Notes: a model not told the origin generated them from the sequence alone. 64,000 nt of DNA from Dendrobates tinctorius (GCF_039654945.1 NW_027361747.1:1116001-1180000); one strand, 5' to 3'. Positions 25,836-39,036 are shown, counted from the stretch's first letter. Numbers and translations: made by a program.

Positions 25836-27751
25836 CTCGTGACGTCAAACACTATATTCAGGCGTGTGTCTCCTGCGCCAATAAGCCTTCCCGGCAACGA
25901 CCCGCTGGGTTACTTTACCCCTTACCGGTGGCGGACAGGCCCTGGGAGATGGTTGGCATGGACTTTGTGGTGGGTCTACCCAAGTCCAGTAGCAGCACAG
26001 TTATTTGGGTCGTCACCGACCATTGTTCTAAAATGGTGCACTTGGTGCCTCTCTCTCGGCTACCTTCCGCACATGGCCTAGCAGTGTTGTTCATCAAACA
26101 CGTTTTTCGGTTACATGGCATGCCAGACAAGATTGTCAGTGACCGGGGTCCCCAGTTTGCGTCTCGGTTCTGGAGAGAGCTCTGACGGTAGCTCAGTATT
26201 GAGCTGAATCTCTCCTCGGCCTATCATCCCGAGACGAACGGGTTGGTAGAGAGGGCCAACCAGACCCTGGTCACATATCTCCGACATTTTGTCTCGGCCA
26301 GGCAGGATGACTGGGCATTCTTGTTGCCGTGGGAAGAGTTCGCCTTGAACAACACTGTGGCCGATTCCAAAGGCCAGACCCCATTCCTCCTTAACTACGG
26401 CCAACATCCTCATGTTCCTGTGCCCATGCCCGTGTCATCCACCGACACTAGGGTGGCAGACTGGGCGGTGGAGGCACTTGGCTATCTCTGACACCTTCCA
26501 CGTGTCCCTCCTTAAACCTGTGCACATGTCCCGGTTCTCCGAGTAATCTGCAGGAACATCAGACCTGTCTTCGGACAAGTTTGAGGTCAATGCCATTGTG
26601 GGATGCAGGGTGGTGCATGGTAAAAAGTTTTATTTGGTGGATTGTAAGGGTCATGGTCCAAAGGCTCGGACCTGGGAGCCAGTGGAGAACATCCACGCTC
26701 CACTCCTTATTGCGGCATTTGAGCGTAGCAAGGCTCAGAAGGGTGGGGGACAATGTTAGGCGTTGGGTTCCTGTCGCTGCACAGCAGGAATCCCGAGCCT
26801 TGCATCCGGCAGTCTCCCATTCCTCTTCGGCCGCAGAGGAACCTGCTCAGCAGACTCGTCGATCCCGGCGCTCTGCTCAAACCAGCTTTGTGGGTTTGGT
26901 TGCTGCTGCCACCTCTGGCCCAGCTATAGAGACGCATGCTGGTCAGCAGCAAGCTACTCCAGGGACTAAGTCCTCCTTTCGGTCCACTGAGCATGCCCGT
27001 GGGACGATCTCTCATTGGAGATCGGAGGTCACATGCTCAGGTCCTTCTCCAGCTCGGACTGGACCAGCAGAAAGGTCAGGAAGGTCCCGGAAGGACATGG
27101 CTATAAAAGGTTTGCATGGCCGCTCAGCCATGCGCTAGTATAGACTGCATTATCAGACTATGAGGAGTGAGTGTCCTATGCATGTATCAATGTCTCTGGT
27201 GAATGACTCATTAAGAAACCCCTACCCTTGGTACGCATGTGTTGTGCAGCCTAGCCTGCCCAGGCTTAGGTGTAGGTAGGACAGAGTCTGAGACAGGCAT
27301 CAGTGTCCACGGTGCACGTGCTCGACTCTCCATAGTCAGCATCTATAGTGGCGTCCACAGGTAAGACGCCACACGCTCAGAAGGTCTGGAGGGACTCTGA
27401 TCCAGTGTCCTTGGGGCAGAGTTCTGTGACCGCTTTCTGTGCGCTCCGTGGCCGAGCTCTGTGAGCTAAACAGGCACAGGCATTTATGTTCTGCGGTAGC
27501 ACGGCTCTGTGAGTTAACAGAGTTTGCTTCTGTTCACACTGGGTGACCTTTTGTACACCGCTTTATACTTCCGCCATTACTAAGCAGCAGTTTACCACCC
27601 CTGCACCGTGGACCCCAGGCTGCGAACGCACCTTACTATTATTTTATTATTTGGTACGTTCCGCTAGCCCTAATACCTATCTATCTAACTCATATCTATC
27701 CATAGAAATATAAAAGGAATAAAAATGGAGGCAGCACGCAAGGGATCTAAT

Positions 27752-28674
27752 TCAAGATGGGTGGTGACCATGGTGGGCATTTTGAAGTCGGCCATTTTGG
27801 ATCCAACTTTATTTTTTTCAATGGGAAGAGGGTCATGTGACACATCAAACTCATTGGGAATTTCACATGAAAAACAACAGTGTGCTTGGTTTTAACGTAA
27901 CTTTATTATTTCATGAGTTATTTAAAAGTTTATGACCACTTATAAAATGTGTTCAAAGTGCTGCACATTGTGTTGGATTGTCAATGCAACCCTCTTCTAC
28001 CACTCTTGACACACTGATAGCAACACTGCAGAAGAAATGCTATCACAGGCTTCCAGTATCCGTTGTTTCAGATGCTGCACATCTCGTATCGTCACAGCAT
28101 AGACAACTGCCTTCAGATGACCCCAAAGATTAAAGTCTAAGGGGCTCAGATCGGGAGACTTTGGTGGCCATTCAACTGGCCCATGATGACCAATCCACTT
28201 TCCAGGGAACTGATCATATAGGAATTCTCGGACCTGACACCCATAATTGATGGTATGGTGAGGTATTTGGGGTACAAAGATAGTGGAGCCATTCTTCATC
28301 AATGGAAACCTCAATGCCACTAGATATCTGAAATTGCTACATGATGATGTGTTGCCCTCTTTATGCCCTGAAGATGGCACGTTCCCTGAGTTTTTCCAGC
28401 AAGATGGTGCACCCCCACATTATTTGGTGTCAGGTCCGAGCATTCCTACAAGGAATCTGAACCCCTTAGACTAGCATTTCTTCTGCGGTGTTGCTATCAG
28501 TGTGTCAAGAGCAGAAAAAATAAAGTTGGATCCAAAATGGCTGACTTCAAAATGGTTACCACCCATCTTGAAACGTTTCCCCCCTCCCATATACCAATGT
28601 GCCACGAACAGGAAGTTGATATCACCAACCATTCCCATTATATTTAGGTGTATCCATATAAATGGCCCACCCTG
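27752..28674. mobile_element. Rearranged non-autonomous Tc1/mariner DD41D-like element
   Basis: Transposase fragments on both strands (FQQDGAPPHY; WIG..GPVEWPPKSPDLSPLDF); the right terminus is ggcccaccctg|TA. Confidence 0.75.
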
Positions 28675-29530
28675 TAAATAAATATAAATACATATGAAAG
28701 TTATCAGTAATGTTAGTACCAGATACATTCTGCATATTTAAATGTCATACTAAGGGACATTTTATGGATAATGTCCGTATATTTGTTGGGATCATGTCAC
28801 AAGGAAGGGCTTATCAATAGGTCAAAAGTGACTAGATGTCTGAATCTGCAATATATTCTATATAACAGCCGGCGAGGTCTCTTACTTTAATCACTTGGTA
28901 AAGCAGATCCAGGCCCATCGACACTTTATGTGGCAAAGGGAAAAACAAACAGCAAATCATTGTTTGGAGGGAATGAAAGACCTAGAACGCCGGACTGCAT
29001 CCTTACCCATATCCGCCCCTGTGACAGACTGGCTTGTGTGCACACTGCATATTGATTATACATATGTCTAAAATATAGGTTTGAACTCTGCAGCATCATT
29101 GATCTGTAGAATCTTCGCAACAAACCACAAGATTAATTGCACTGAAATTGATCAGACAATCTATGCGCTGGGCAGTAAGGACAGATGAGAGCTGCAGCTG
29201 CTATTGAGCAGATCTTCTGATTGGCGTGACTGTCACAGAACGGACGATCGATCGATCAATCAATCAAATGTTCAATAAACCAGTAGTTCTTTAGAAGCAA
29301 ACTACTAATAAGGATATTCATTTTTTTAAAGTTTTATATCAGGTAAACTTAATCAATGTATACTGAGCAGTTTTACAATTGTCTAAAATACTTTGTGATT
29401 CACTTGTTCGCCACATTAAAGATCTTTGGTGGCCAAGTGTTAGTAAAAAGGCTCAATCGTTCCTGTAATGGCTGCTCACAACATCCTGCCTGCATTTATG
29501 TTTGTACAGAGACCAAGCCTGCAGGCTGAA

Positions 29531-30115
29531 AGAGGTTTTCCCACAAATAAAAGTTAATTATAATCAATAGATCTTGGAAAAATAATAATTTCCACAATTG
29601 GATGTGTTTAAATAAAATGTTCCTGTGCTGAGATAATCCTACACATGTGCCCCTGCTGTGCACTGTGTAATGGCCGTGTCTGACCGTACAGGGACATGGT
29701 CTGATCGTACCAAAGCTCCCGGGGCGGGGGCGGGGGCGGGGGCGGGGGGGGGGGGGGAGCAAAAAGGGAGTATACAGACATTACTGCAGGGATCACAGCT
29801 GATTCCTTTTGTGAGGTAAAACATTTCCCTGCCTGTTTTTAATCAATGCTTTACTTCGAGAAAAGAAAGAAAGAATCAGCTGTGATCCCATGCCGTATTG
29901 TCTTTTTCTCCCTCCCTTCCCTGCCAGGAACTGTGGTATGATCAGACTATGTCCCTGTACGGTCAGACACGGCCATTACACAGTACACAGCAGGGGCACA
30001 TGTATAAGATTATCTCAGCACAGGAACATTATTTATAAACACATCCAATTGTGGAAATCATTATTATTCCAAGATCTATTGATTAAAATTAACTTTTGTT
30101 TGTGGGAGAACCTCT
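29531..30115. mobile_element. Palindromic Kolobok/T2-type MITE with a G-rich run at 29721-29758
   Basis: AGAGGTTTTCCCACA ... TGTGGGAGAACCTCT|TTAA with long internal inverted arms. Confidence 0.8.
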
Positions 30116-30645
30116 TTAAATAGGCTGCCTCACTTCAAGAGCGCGCCGCTACTCGGCCTCTTGGATTCCCGCATATCAGGGAGCAGTGTGCTCCAGATTA
30201 TTGACAGTTTGGGTCATCGGCATGGCAGAGCTTTCAGCCCAAACTGTGCGACCTCCCATGCTGCAAGCAAAGACAGGGGTAGTTAAGTCGGCTGGGTCCA
30301 ACGCTGTGGCCATCATCACAGCAGTGCTGCATGTTGTATAGCCAACAGCTTGTAAGCATGCGCTCCTTGCCAAAGAAACCAGACATCTTTACTTATGCAA
30401 CGAGCTATAAACTATAGAATTAAAAATCTTTCTGATCATGAGAATACAAGTTTTAATAAAAAAAACAACTTGAAAAGTTGCTTGTTTTTACAAACACCTT
30501 GCATTTTTATGAATTTAATAAGATGAGACGACAATAAGGACAAAAGGTTTTCCTAAGAAGAGTTGATATGCCTCTCGCTCATGTTAAAAAATGGAAAACC
30601 TGACAATTGTTGTGAGATCGGACGACCATGGGGTCTCCCTACTCT

Positions 30646-31775
30646 TGTAAGGGAGGTGGACCGGACCACAGGTACCTGCATGCTGGGTCCGGAACTTGAG
30701 AGGCTGCATCCTCTGTTCCCGGGGGACAGCTTTGAGGAGGCGGACCTTCCCCTGCAGCCTGAGGGAAGCCCGGGGGAGAGACACCTTCCTGTTGACTGAG
30801 GGTGGTGGGAGGAGACTGAGGAAAAGGGCGCGCAGCAGCCGGCAGATAAAAGGGCAAAGGGTGTGAAACACAGCAGTTTGGCGCCAGAGCAGATCAGTGT
30901 GCAGGAGCGCGGTGAGCGGCGTGCTTGGCTGCCCCTTCCCCCTCTGGGTGACGGCATTGCGGCATGGTCCGACCGTTTAGAGCGGGGCCGCTGCCAGGAG
31001 AGAAGTTGGGTGCAGAACAGTGCAGAGCCGCTGCAGGACAGAGCAGAGCCGGTCATGCTGCAGCCGGAGAGAGAGAAGTACTTCGTCCGGGAGGTACCAG
31101 TGCCCCGCAGACCAGTGACCATCATTTTCCGCTGCCAGCAGGTGGGGACAGAGAGCGAGAGAGATGAATAGTATGTGCCGGTGACTTCCAGTAAGCGAGA
31201 CGCAGGGCAATCCGTGTCCGTGAGTACTACACACATGCCCCATACTAGTGACCGAATAAAGGACAGACCCTTTAACCTTGACCTTGCCGTTAAACAACTT
31301 CTGAGCCACGTGGGGCCCGTATCAGATCGTGGCCCCTTTTTTCGTCAGCCGCTTTGGGTACACTTGGCTGACACTGTGAGGAGAGTGGTGCAGGAGTCTC
31401 GTCGAGCGTAGAGCATCCTATGGCCCTTACTGTTGCTTGGCCACTACAGAATATGGACTACGGGCAGTGGAAGGTACTGGAGACCGACCACTGTCACCAG
31501 AAGACGGGGGTATTGTTGTCTCCTTGACCCCATTAATGAGGACACTGCATCGGCCGTTGTCGACACCATTGAGTTCACAGCAGGAGCTGCAGTATTAGAA
31601 CTTCCTTATACATTTGCTAATATTTGAAACATTGCATTGTACCTTACCTTTAATACTGTTTAACTCTTCACCTCCCTGTGTGGAGTACTTCCCCTGTAAA
31701 TAAATCCTGTTAACCCTTGCTCTGTTGCCTGCGTACTGTCACTGCATCCCGCGTTCCTGCTTGTTACCCTTTACA
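30646..31775 (+). mobile_element. Solo LTR
   Basis: ctct|TGTAAGGG ... CCCTTTACA|ctct (4-bp TSD); TATA-like gataaaaggg at ~30845 and aataaa at ~31699. Confidence 0.75.
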
Positions 31776-32057
31776 CTCTGATGCCAGTGGTAAGAAGGAA
31801 TAGATATGGTGGACTTCAAAGTCCAATCCTTTGTACCTGTGCAAAATAAGTCTCAGCTGGTAGTCTGGTAATGATTTATCCCCACTATCGCATTGTACAC
31901 ACATAAACACAGCTAAAGCCTTCCATACACATGGCAGTCAACACACTCACTGTGTAGTGAGCAATGACTGTAGCCGCTCCCTGCTCAACACCAATGACTG
32001 GAAACGAACGGCTGCAAGGAGGATACAACTTCAGTTTCACCCTATACTCGCGCTTCC

Positions 32058-34523
32058 TGTCACGTCCGCCATGTCTGCCATGTCTGTTTGTCTCAAGAAC
32101 TCCTGGAGCGATGTGCATGCGCATGTTTTGTCTGCTGTCCTGCATGTTCGCTAGAGCTGTGTGCAGACTCACCTCATGTCTGAGCTGCAGGATCCCTGCG
32201 TTTCTGCTCTGCCTTCTGTGATCTTCTCGTCATGTCTGGAGTCCTTGATCATGTGATGCTTCTTAAGATCCTGCACTGTCTGGTTCTGCAATCATCTCGT
32301 CATGTCTAGAATCCCGGATCATGTGTTCTTCCTAGGATCCTGCACTGGTTGGTTCGGTGATCATCTCGTCATGTCTGAAACCCTGATCATGTGACGTTTC
32401 CTAAGATCCTGCACTGTCTGGTTCTGCTATCATCTCGTCATGTCTAGAATCCGGAAGTTCTCCCCTGGTCCTGACCTGGAGGAGGAGGTGCTATGCCCTA
32501 TATCAGGCCGCCTCTTCCTATGCTCAGTGCCTGATTATTGTGTTGCTTCCCTGCAAGGCTCTGGGTCTGTGGGGTCGCTCCCTCTATTCTGTGCCCTTGC
32601 ACTTTGCTCTGTAGTGCGTCTCTGCACACGCTCCGTGCTCGTATTCCGCCTCTTGTCTTGTGCCATGTCTTGTGTTGTCTCTCGTGCCATGTTTGTCTTT
32701 GCCTTGCTTTGCCTTGTAGTCCTTCTGCTGTTCTTTGTCTTAGTCTGTTTTGCTATGTCTCGCCTTAGCTATGCTTTGACTTGTAGTCCTTCCTTTGTTC
32801 TCTGCCTCGCCTGTTTTGCCATGTCTTGCTTTTGCTATGCTTTGACTTGTAGTCCTCCCTGTGTTCTCTGCCTTGCTATTCCTTGCTTTGTGTTCCTCCC
32901 TATGGTCTCAGTCTTTGCTTGCTCTGCCTCGCTCTCTCCTATGGTGCTCTGTAGTGCTCCCTGGCACACGCACCATTTCTCCTCTCCTTAGTGCTCGTTT
33001 CTTTGTCTAGTCCCAAGGTCTTCCCTTGGCCCGGCTCTGGGCTTCTGCCTACGCTCCGCTGCTAGACTCTGTCCTCTCTCTGACCTGGCTCTGTTTCTGC
33101 CTGTATTCCTTGCCTTGTTCCCTGCCTTGTCCTTGCATTGAACCCCGTCGTGGGTTCCCCTTGGCCGTCTCCTGTGCCGTGGTAAGTGCCACGTGTTTGT
33201 GTACAGCCGTGTGTACTGGCCAGTGTGGCGTGCCCCCTGCGTGGCTCCTAGCACGCAGCCCTTCCTTGTGCCCTGGCGTGGCTCCTAGCACGCACCCTGC
33301 CTTGAACCCTGGCGTGGCTACTAGCACGCACCCTGCCCTGAACCTGGCGTGGCTCCTAGCACGAAGGTTCCTTTGCCCCCTCCTGTGCCTTAGTCGTGCC
33401 TCGTGCTGGCGTTACAGCCGTGTGCATTGGCCAGTGAGGTGTGCGTCCCTGCGTAGCTCCTAGCACGCAGCCCTGCTCTGAACCCTGGCGTGTCTCTACA
33501 CGCACCCTGTCTTGTGCCTTGGCGTGTCTCTACACGCACTCTGTCTTGTGCCTTGGCGTGTCTCTACACGCACTCTGTCTTGTACCTTGGCGTGTCTCTA
33601 CACGCACTCTCTTGTACCTTGGCGTGTCTCTACACGCACTCTGTCTTGTACCTTGTGCCTTGGCGTGTCTCTACACGCACTCGGTCTTATTCTATGCTTT
33701 GGCGTGGCTACACACGCACCCTGTCTCGTTTGCGAACCTTGGCGTGTCCCCTACACACGCACCTCGCTTTGAACCCTGGCGTGTCCCCTACACACGCACC
33801 TTGCCTTGCACCTAGTCTTGAACCCTGGTGTGTCCCCTACACACGCACCTTGCCTTGCACCTAGCCTTGGACCCTGGCGTGTCCCCTACACACGCACCTA
33901 GCCTTGGACCCTGGCGTGTCCCCTACACACGCACCTAGCCTTGGACCTTGACGTGTTCCCTAAACACGCACCCTGCTTGGATATCTGTCGTGCCTCCTTG
34001 CCTGAACCCTGGTTTGCCTGCCGGATGCCCGGAACCTGCCGACCGTTGCCAGAGGTCCGGAACCAGATGACTACGGCCTGATGTCCGGAGCTGACGTCCG
34101 CAGCCTGATCCCTGGACCCTGTCGGTTTGCCAGCAGTCCGGAGTCCGATGCCATCATGCCATTACCTGTGCCTAGGCGTGCCATCTGGCACGTACCATGT
34201 TATGGACCTTGGCGTGCCCACGCGCGCACCTCGCACGTTTTGCTTGTTTACTCTGTATGTGTTATTCTAATGAAGATACCTTGCACCTACGTCTAGTCTC
34301 GTCTTGCTTCCTGCTCGTCCTTGTCGTCAGACACTCGTCTAGTGTCCCCTGAGCCGGCCGTCTGGTCCCAGCAGTCGTGGTGGCTCACCCCCTTGGTCTT
34401 GCCCCTGACACTCCCTGTATAGGGGGTGGATTCTCACAAGGTCAGCTCGCCCTCGGTGGGTGGGTGCCACGACCCAGAGGGTCCACTCAAAAAATGGGCT
34501 CAGCAGGAGCTGAGTCCGTCACA
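32058..34523 (+). mobile_element. Long solo LTR (2466 bp) expanded by minisatellites
   Basis: cttcc|TGTCACG ... CGTCACA|cttcc (5-bp TSD); ~60-bp repeats at 32215-32450 and ~30-35-bp hairpin repeats at 33240-33970. Confidence 0.8.
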
Positions 34524-34626
34524 CTTCCAGTATGCCAGCCAGGAGGGATTAGAACGCTATTTACCTGCATATTACCACTATATCTGAAGGTAAATAGTGT
34601 TTTTGTTGCTAACAGGCTCCCTTTAA

Positions 34627-35642
34627 CCCCTTGATAACCTATGACGTATAGATAACTCATTTGTAATGTCCCTGCCTTTGATTCAGGCTCTTGTGCTGAG
34701 ACTGCATCTTTGCCGGCACATGACAGCTGATTTGATCAGCTGACGTGTGCTTTTAACAGCCATGGGTGGAATTGTGAGCCAACCGTGGCTGTTAACATGT
34801 TAAATGTGAAGCGAAAAAAGGAGAAATATGCAGCACTCACCGATATAGCTGAAAATCTGTGCGTCTTTATTTCACATAAATTCCATCAATAGATATGTGG
34901 ACATGCAGGACGTTAGAGAAATGCTAGGGGAGGGAGGTGCCGGACAATGGCCGTTTCGCGATTACTCGCTTCTACCAAAGAAGCGAGTAATCGCGATACG
35001 GCCCTCCCTCCCCTAGCATTCCTCTAACGTCCTGCATGTCCACATATCTATTGATGGAATTTATGTGAAATAAAGATGCACAGTTTTTCAGCTATATTGG
35101 TGAGTGCTGCATATTTCTCCTTTTTTCTCTTCACATTGAAATATTCATGTTTTTTCATGCAAGCACCTCTGTTTTTTGACTGAAATATATACCGCAATAC
35201 TTCAAATAAATAGCTCCGTCTGTTAATGTGGTGATTTGTATGCCCTAGTATGCCGTTCATCTGTTTGCTCTTTGCTGGGATCATTTAACATGTTACATTG
35301 CCGCTGTCAATCTCTGGTATCTGCAAACTCGTAATGACCTGGAGAATCATAATGGCAGGTCAGTTTTGGCATTTAATTAACATGGTTAAAAAAAAAAAAA
35401 AAAAAACAATTGTGGAATTGCATTTTTTTTTTTTTTGCAATTTCATCACACTTGGATTTTTTTCCCGTTTTCCAGTACACAATATGGTAAAAATCAATGG
35501 TGTCATTCAAATATACAACTTGTCCAAAACAAGCCCTCACATGGCCATATTGACAAAACAATAAAAAAAAGTTATGGCTCTATGAAGAAGGGTAGCAAAA
35601 AATGAAACCGCATAAACGGAAAGTTGCAAAGTCGTGAAGGGG
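34627..35642. mobile_element. TTAA-flanked piggyBac-like MITE, hosting a mini-PLE
   Basis: TTAA|CCCCTT ... AAGGGG|TTAA; shares sequence with 37201-38390. Confidence 0.7.
34803..35284. mobile_element. Miniature inverted PLE-derived element: arms 34803-34970 and 34979-35137, tail to 35284
   Basis: Palindrome centred on a hammerhead-like stem (GAAGCGAGUAAUCGCGAAACGGCC), GGTGAGTGCTGC end motif, and an 11-bp TSD ttaacatgtta (34792-34802 and 35285-35295). Confidence 0.65.
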
Positions 35643-36345
35643 TTAACATAGCAATAAAATACAATGCCATTTTCACTGTAAGATCATTATGGTTAATATC
35701 GTGCACACATCCATATTTGGTTTCTGAAGAAAGGAAGTATTAACAGTTACTTAAGATGAATCTTGACTCTCCTCATCATGATGCATCTGAGGTCCTATGG
35801 GACTTAGAAAAAGTGTGGGTAACCATAAAAGCTATGAACGAGATAAAATGTCATCTTCAATTAACATATCAAGACACCTTCCATCAAAGTAATGTGAGAG
35901 TTGGAAACTTTGCAGGAAGCTACGGTGTCCTCTACCTTCAAAAACTCTCGGAGACTTGTGGGAATTTTGGCGATACCGCTCTCGTTTGAGAGCAAATCAT
36001 TGCTGTGAACAAACAATGTCATTATCATAATTTACATGCAACCTAAAAAAAAAAGCAGAAAAGTGACGATAAAGCAGGATAAAAGTAGTCTGTAATTACA
36101 AAGTAAGTGAATGTTAGAGAGGAATGATGAGGATGTCTAATCTTCAGTGATTCCGCAAAGGACTTGGTACAAAGACGCATTTAGGACTAACCCCCTGGCC
36201 AAAGGCAAAAAATAATTGTTGGCTAAAGAGGTTCTAACTAAGAACTAAAGTTGTTAATGTCTCCAATAACACAGGCAGGTGAGTATTGTGTTTAGTTTTT
36301 ATCAACTTTTTCCCAATTAATTGAAATCCTGGACAATGCCCTTAA

Positions 36346-36660
36346 AGGCCCTCTTACATTTAGCGATGCACCAGCGGTCAGGATCGCTGGTGCATCGCGA
36401 AATGATCGCTAGTGAGCTGCCACACAGGCAGATCTCACAGCGATACAGCGGACGATACTTACCTATCAGACGCGGCGATGAAGACGTCCTCCCGTCCGCG
36501 TCCACACGTCGCTCGTCGGCGCCAGCAGGAAGCGCCCGACGAGAAATGGAGCCGGCCGATCTCGCGCGATCAGCGATGGACAGCGGGGGAGCCGGTTGGA
36601 GGTAAGTATCGGTGACGTCATAGCGATATTGCTAGCGATATCGCTCTGTGTAAAACCCCC
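36346..36660. mobile_element. Harbinger MITE (related copies near 13848 and 60395-60838)
   Basis: ggccc..ttaca ... tgtaaa..ccc|tta termini with agcgatatcgct subterminal motifs. Confidence 0.6.
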
Positions 36661-37200
36661 TTAACTTTTGGGCTCCCCTAAGACAGTATAATAGGTCTAT
36701 CCACTACGAAAATTAAAATTCCAGTCAATCGTCACCATGAAAGGCGGTATGATTTACCAGCATTAAACCCAAAAGCACATTAGGGAGGAGCATTGCGAGG
36801 AAATCCCTGTCACGGAGCGACCATCGGCCCTACAGTAGAGCAGAGAACACCAACAACAATGACGTTTGGTTAAAAACAGCCGATTACCAAGATTTTCCTC
36901 CTCACAATGATCGTCACTTCTGTCCTTTTCAGTTGGATGCAAATCTATGATACCACACCTGATGACAATGCTGCTTTAAAAGACCTCTATGCACTGCAGC
37001 ACCTGGGAGGTGGACTACATTTACATCCAGGCACCAAAATTCATAGTGACAGGACCATGGAGGGAGTTGGTGGTTCAGGAATACACACGAGGCTAAGGAT
37101 CTGTAAGAACAGCGTCACGCCTCAACGCCCTTCCAGACACAGATTCAAAACATGAAGCAGCACTTTGGGGTCATAAAAGGATCAAGTATTTATCTTTTAA

Positions 37201-38390
37201 CACCTTAACTCCCGAAGCTTTTTTCGATTTTTTTTTTTTTGTTTTTTTTGTTTTTTTTGTTTTTCACTCCCCTTCTTTCAAGAGCCATATCTTTTTTATA
37301 TTTCCGTCAATATGGCCATGTGAGGGCTTATTTTTGGCGGGATGAGTTGTACTTTTGAAAAACACCATTGGTTTTACCATGTTGTGTAATCGAAAACAGG
37401 AAAAAAAATTCCAAGTGCAGTGAAATTGCAAAAAAAGTGCAATCCCACACTTGTTTTTAGCTTGGCTTTTTTCATTAAATGATAAAACTGACCTTCCATT
37501 ATGATTCTCCAAGTCATTACGAGTTCATAGACACCAAACATGTCTACGTTCTCTTTTATCTAACTGGTGAAAAAAAAATTTGAAAGTTTGCTAAAAAAAA
37601 ATGCGCAATTTTCCGAGACCCGTAGCGTCTCCATTTTTCGTGATCTGGGGTCAGGTGAGTGCTTATTTTTTGCGTGCCGGGCTGACGTTTTTAATGATAC
37701 CACTTTTGTGCAAATACGTTCTTTTGATCGCCCGTTATTGCATTTTAATGCAATGTCGTGGCAACCAAAAAAACGTAATTCTGGCGTTTAATTTTTTTTC
37801 TCACTACGCCGTTTAGCGATCGGGTTAATCCCTTTTTAATTGCTAGATCGGGCGATTCTGAACATGGCGATACCAAATATGTGTGATTTTTTTATTGTTT
37901 TATTTTGCTTGGGGCAAAAGGGGGGTGATTAAAACTTATTTTTTTTAAACACTTTTTTTTTTCTTTTGGCATGCTTCAATAGCTAGAAGCATGCCACACT
38001 TGATTGGCTCTGCTACATATAGGCGATGCTCAGATCGCCTATTTGTAGCAGATTTACTGCATCGCTATGAGTGCCAACCACCAGGTGGCGCTCATAGTAA
38101 TTTGCCGGCAACTACCATAGAGGTCTCTATGAGACCTCTGGTTGTCAAAGCAACGCGTCGCTAACCCCCGATCACATGACGGGGGTCGGCAATGCGCTCA
38201 TTTCCGACCGGGCCCCAGAAGTACTAGTTAAATGCCCACTGTCAAACACTGATTTAACTAGTTAATAGGCGCGGGAGGATCGCAATTCCGTCCGCGCCTA
38301 TTGCGGGCACATGTCAGCTGTTTATAACAGCTGACATGTCGTGGCTTTGAGGTGGGCTCACCGCAATAGTAGGTCATCGGTACGTAAGGA
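37201..38390. mobile_element. Degenerate TTAA-flanked piggyBac-like non-autonomous element
   Basis: TTAA at both ends; homologous in inverted orientation to 34627-35642. Confidence 0.6.
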
Positions 38391-39036
38391 ATTAAAGGAC
38401 TGCGCAAACATATTAATGGTTTGGTGTGTGTGTATAGGGGGTAAAAGATTCTAAAAGGATCCTATGAATAGTTAACCTACTTTCCTTGGACCATCGCTGA
38501 TATGAAGCAGTGTCATCATCCACCCCATCCTTCTAATGCACATCAGATCAGATGTTATTATTCCATGTAGGGCATTTTGTCGTCAGGAGCAAGGTAGTAG
38601 AAGACTTCCTATGCCCAATATAAGTCGAGTAAAAAAGATGAAAATAGACAATTTCAGTCTTAAGAAACATTTGGTAATTTTTAACAGCGAACAATAGTTT
38701 TATTTTACCCGTGATATATCGGCATCCTGGTTGACATTTTTGCCCAACAGAACAGATCTGTAATTGTTCTCAAGATATGTCGTCCACACACAATCTTTCC
38801 TCCAAAGGACAGTCCCAAAAATAACTTTTGACCTTTTCCTCGTGCTATTGAACAGGTATGGTCAGTATAAATAAATGTACCAGCCAGTGAATATTAAAAG
38901 GAAACTGTCAGCAGGTTTTTGCTATTAAATCTGAGAGCAACATGATGTAGAAGAAGAGATCCTGATTCCAGCAATGTGTCACTTACTGGGTTGTTCTATT
39001 TTCAATAAAATCAGTGTTTTCTCAGCAGGAGCTTAA

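Larger units (their letters stand above)
20578..26745 (+). pseudogene. gag-pol with stops, frameshifts and a deletion in late integrase
   Basis: Gag PEKFSG, zinc knuckle CHGCRQSGHLANLC, protease VDSGA, RT YLDD, RNase H VDAS..GAVL and NYSIGDRELLA, integrase GHFG/CVSC/MDFV/SDRG/ERAN, and a chromodomain (FEVNAIV..FYLVD.KG.G....WEPVENI) near 26580-26720. Confidence 0.92.
19608..27675 (+). mobile_element. Ty3/Gypsy chromovirus (sushi/Tf1 group), full length with two nested hAT insertions, coding-defective
   Basis: LTRs at 19608-20549 and 26754-27675, polypurine tract at ~26738-26750, flanking cctatc duplication. Domain order gag-PR-RT-RH-IN-chromodomain. Confidence 0.95.

Noticed and set aside
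29721-29758. G-quadruplex-forming run and poly-Pro ORF
   Set aside because: Simple repeat inside a MITE arm with no evidence of function.
30553-31627. Cluster of 60-227 aa ORFs
   Set aside because: They lie in a GC-rich solo LTR and have no recognisable domain.
33240-33970. CRISPR-like array of palindromic ~30-bp repeats
   Set aside because: No unique spacers, no cas genes, and it lies inside a eukaryotic LTR.
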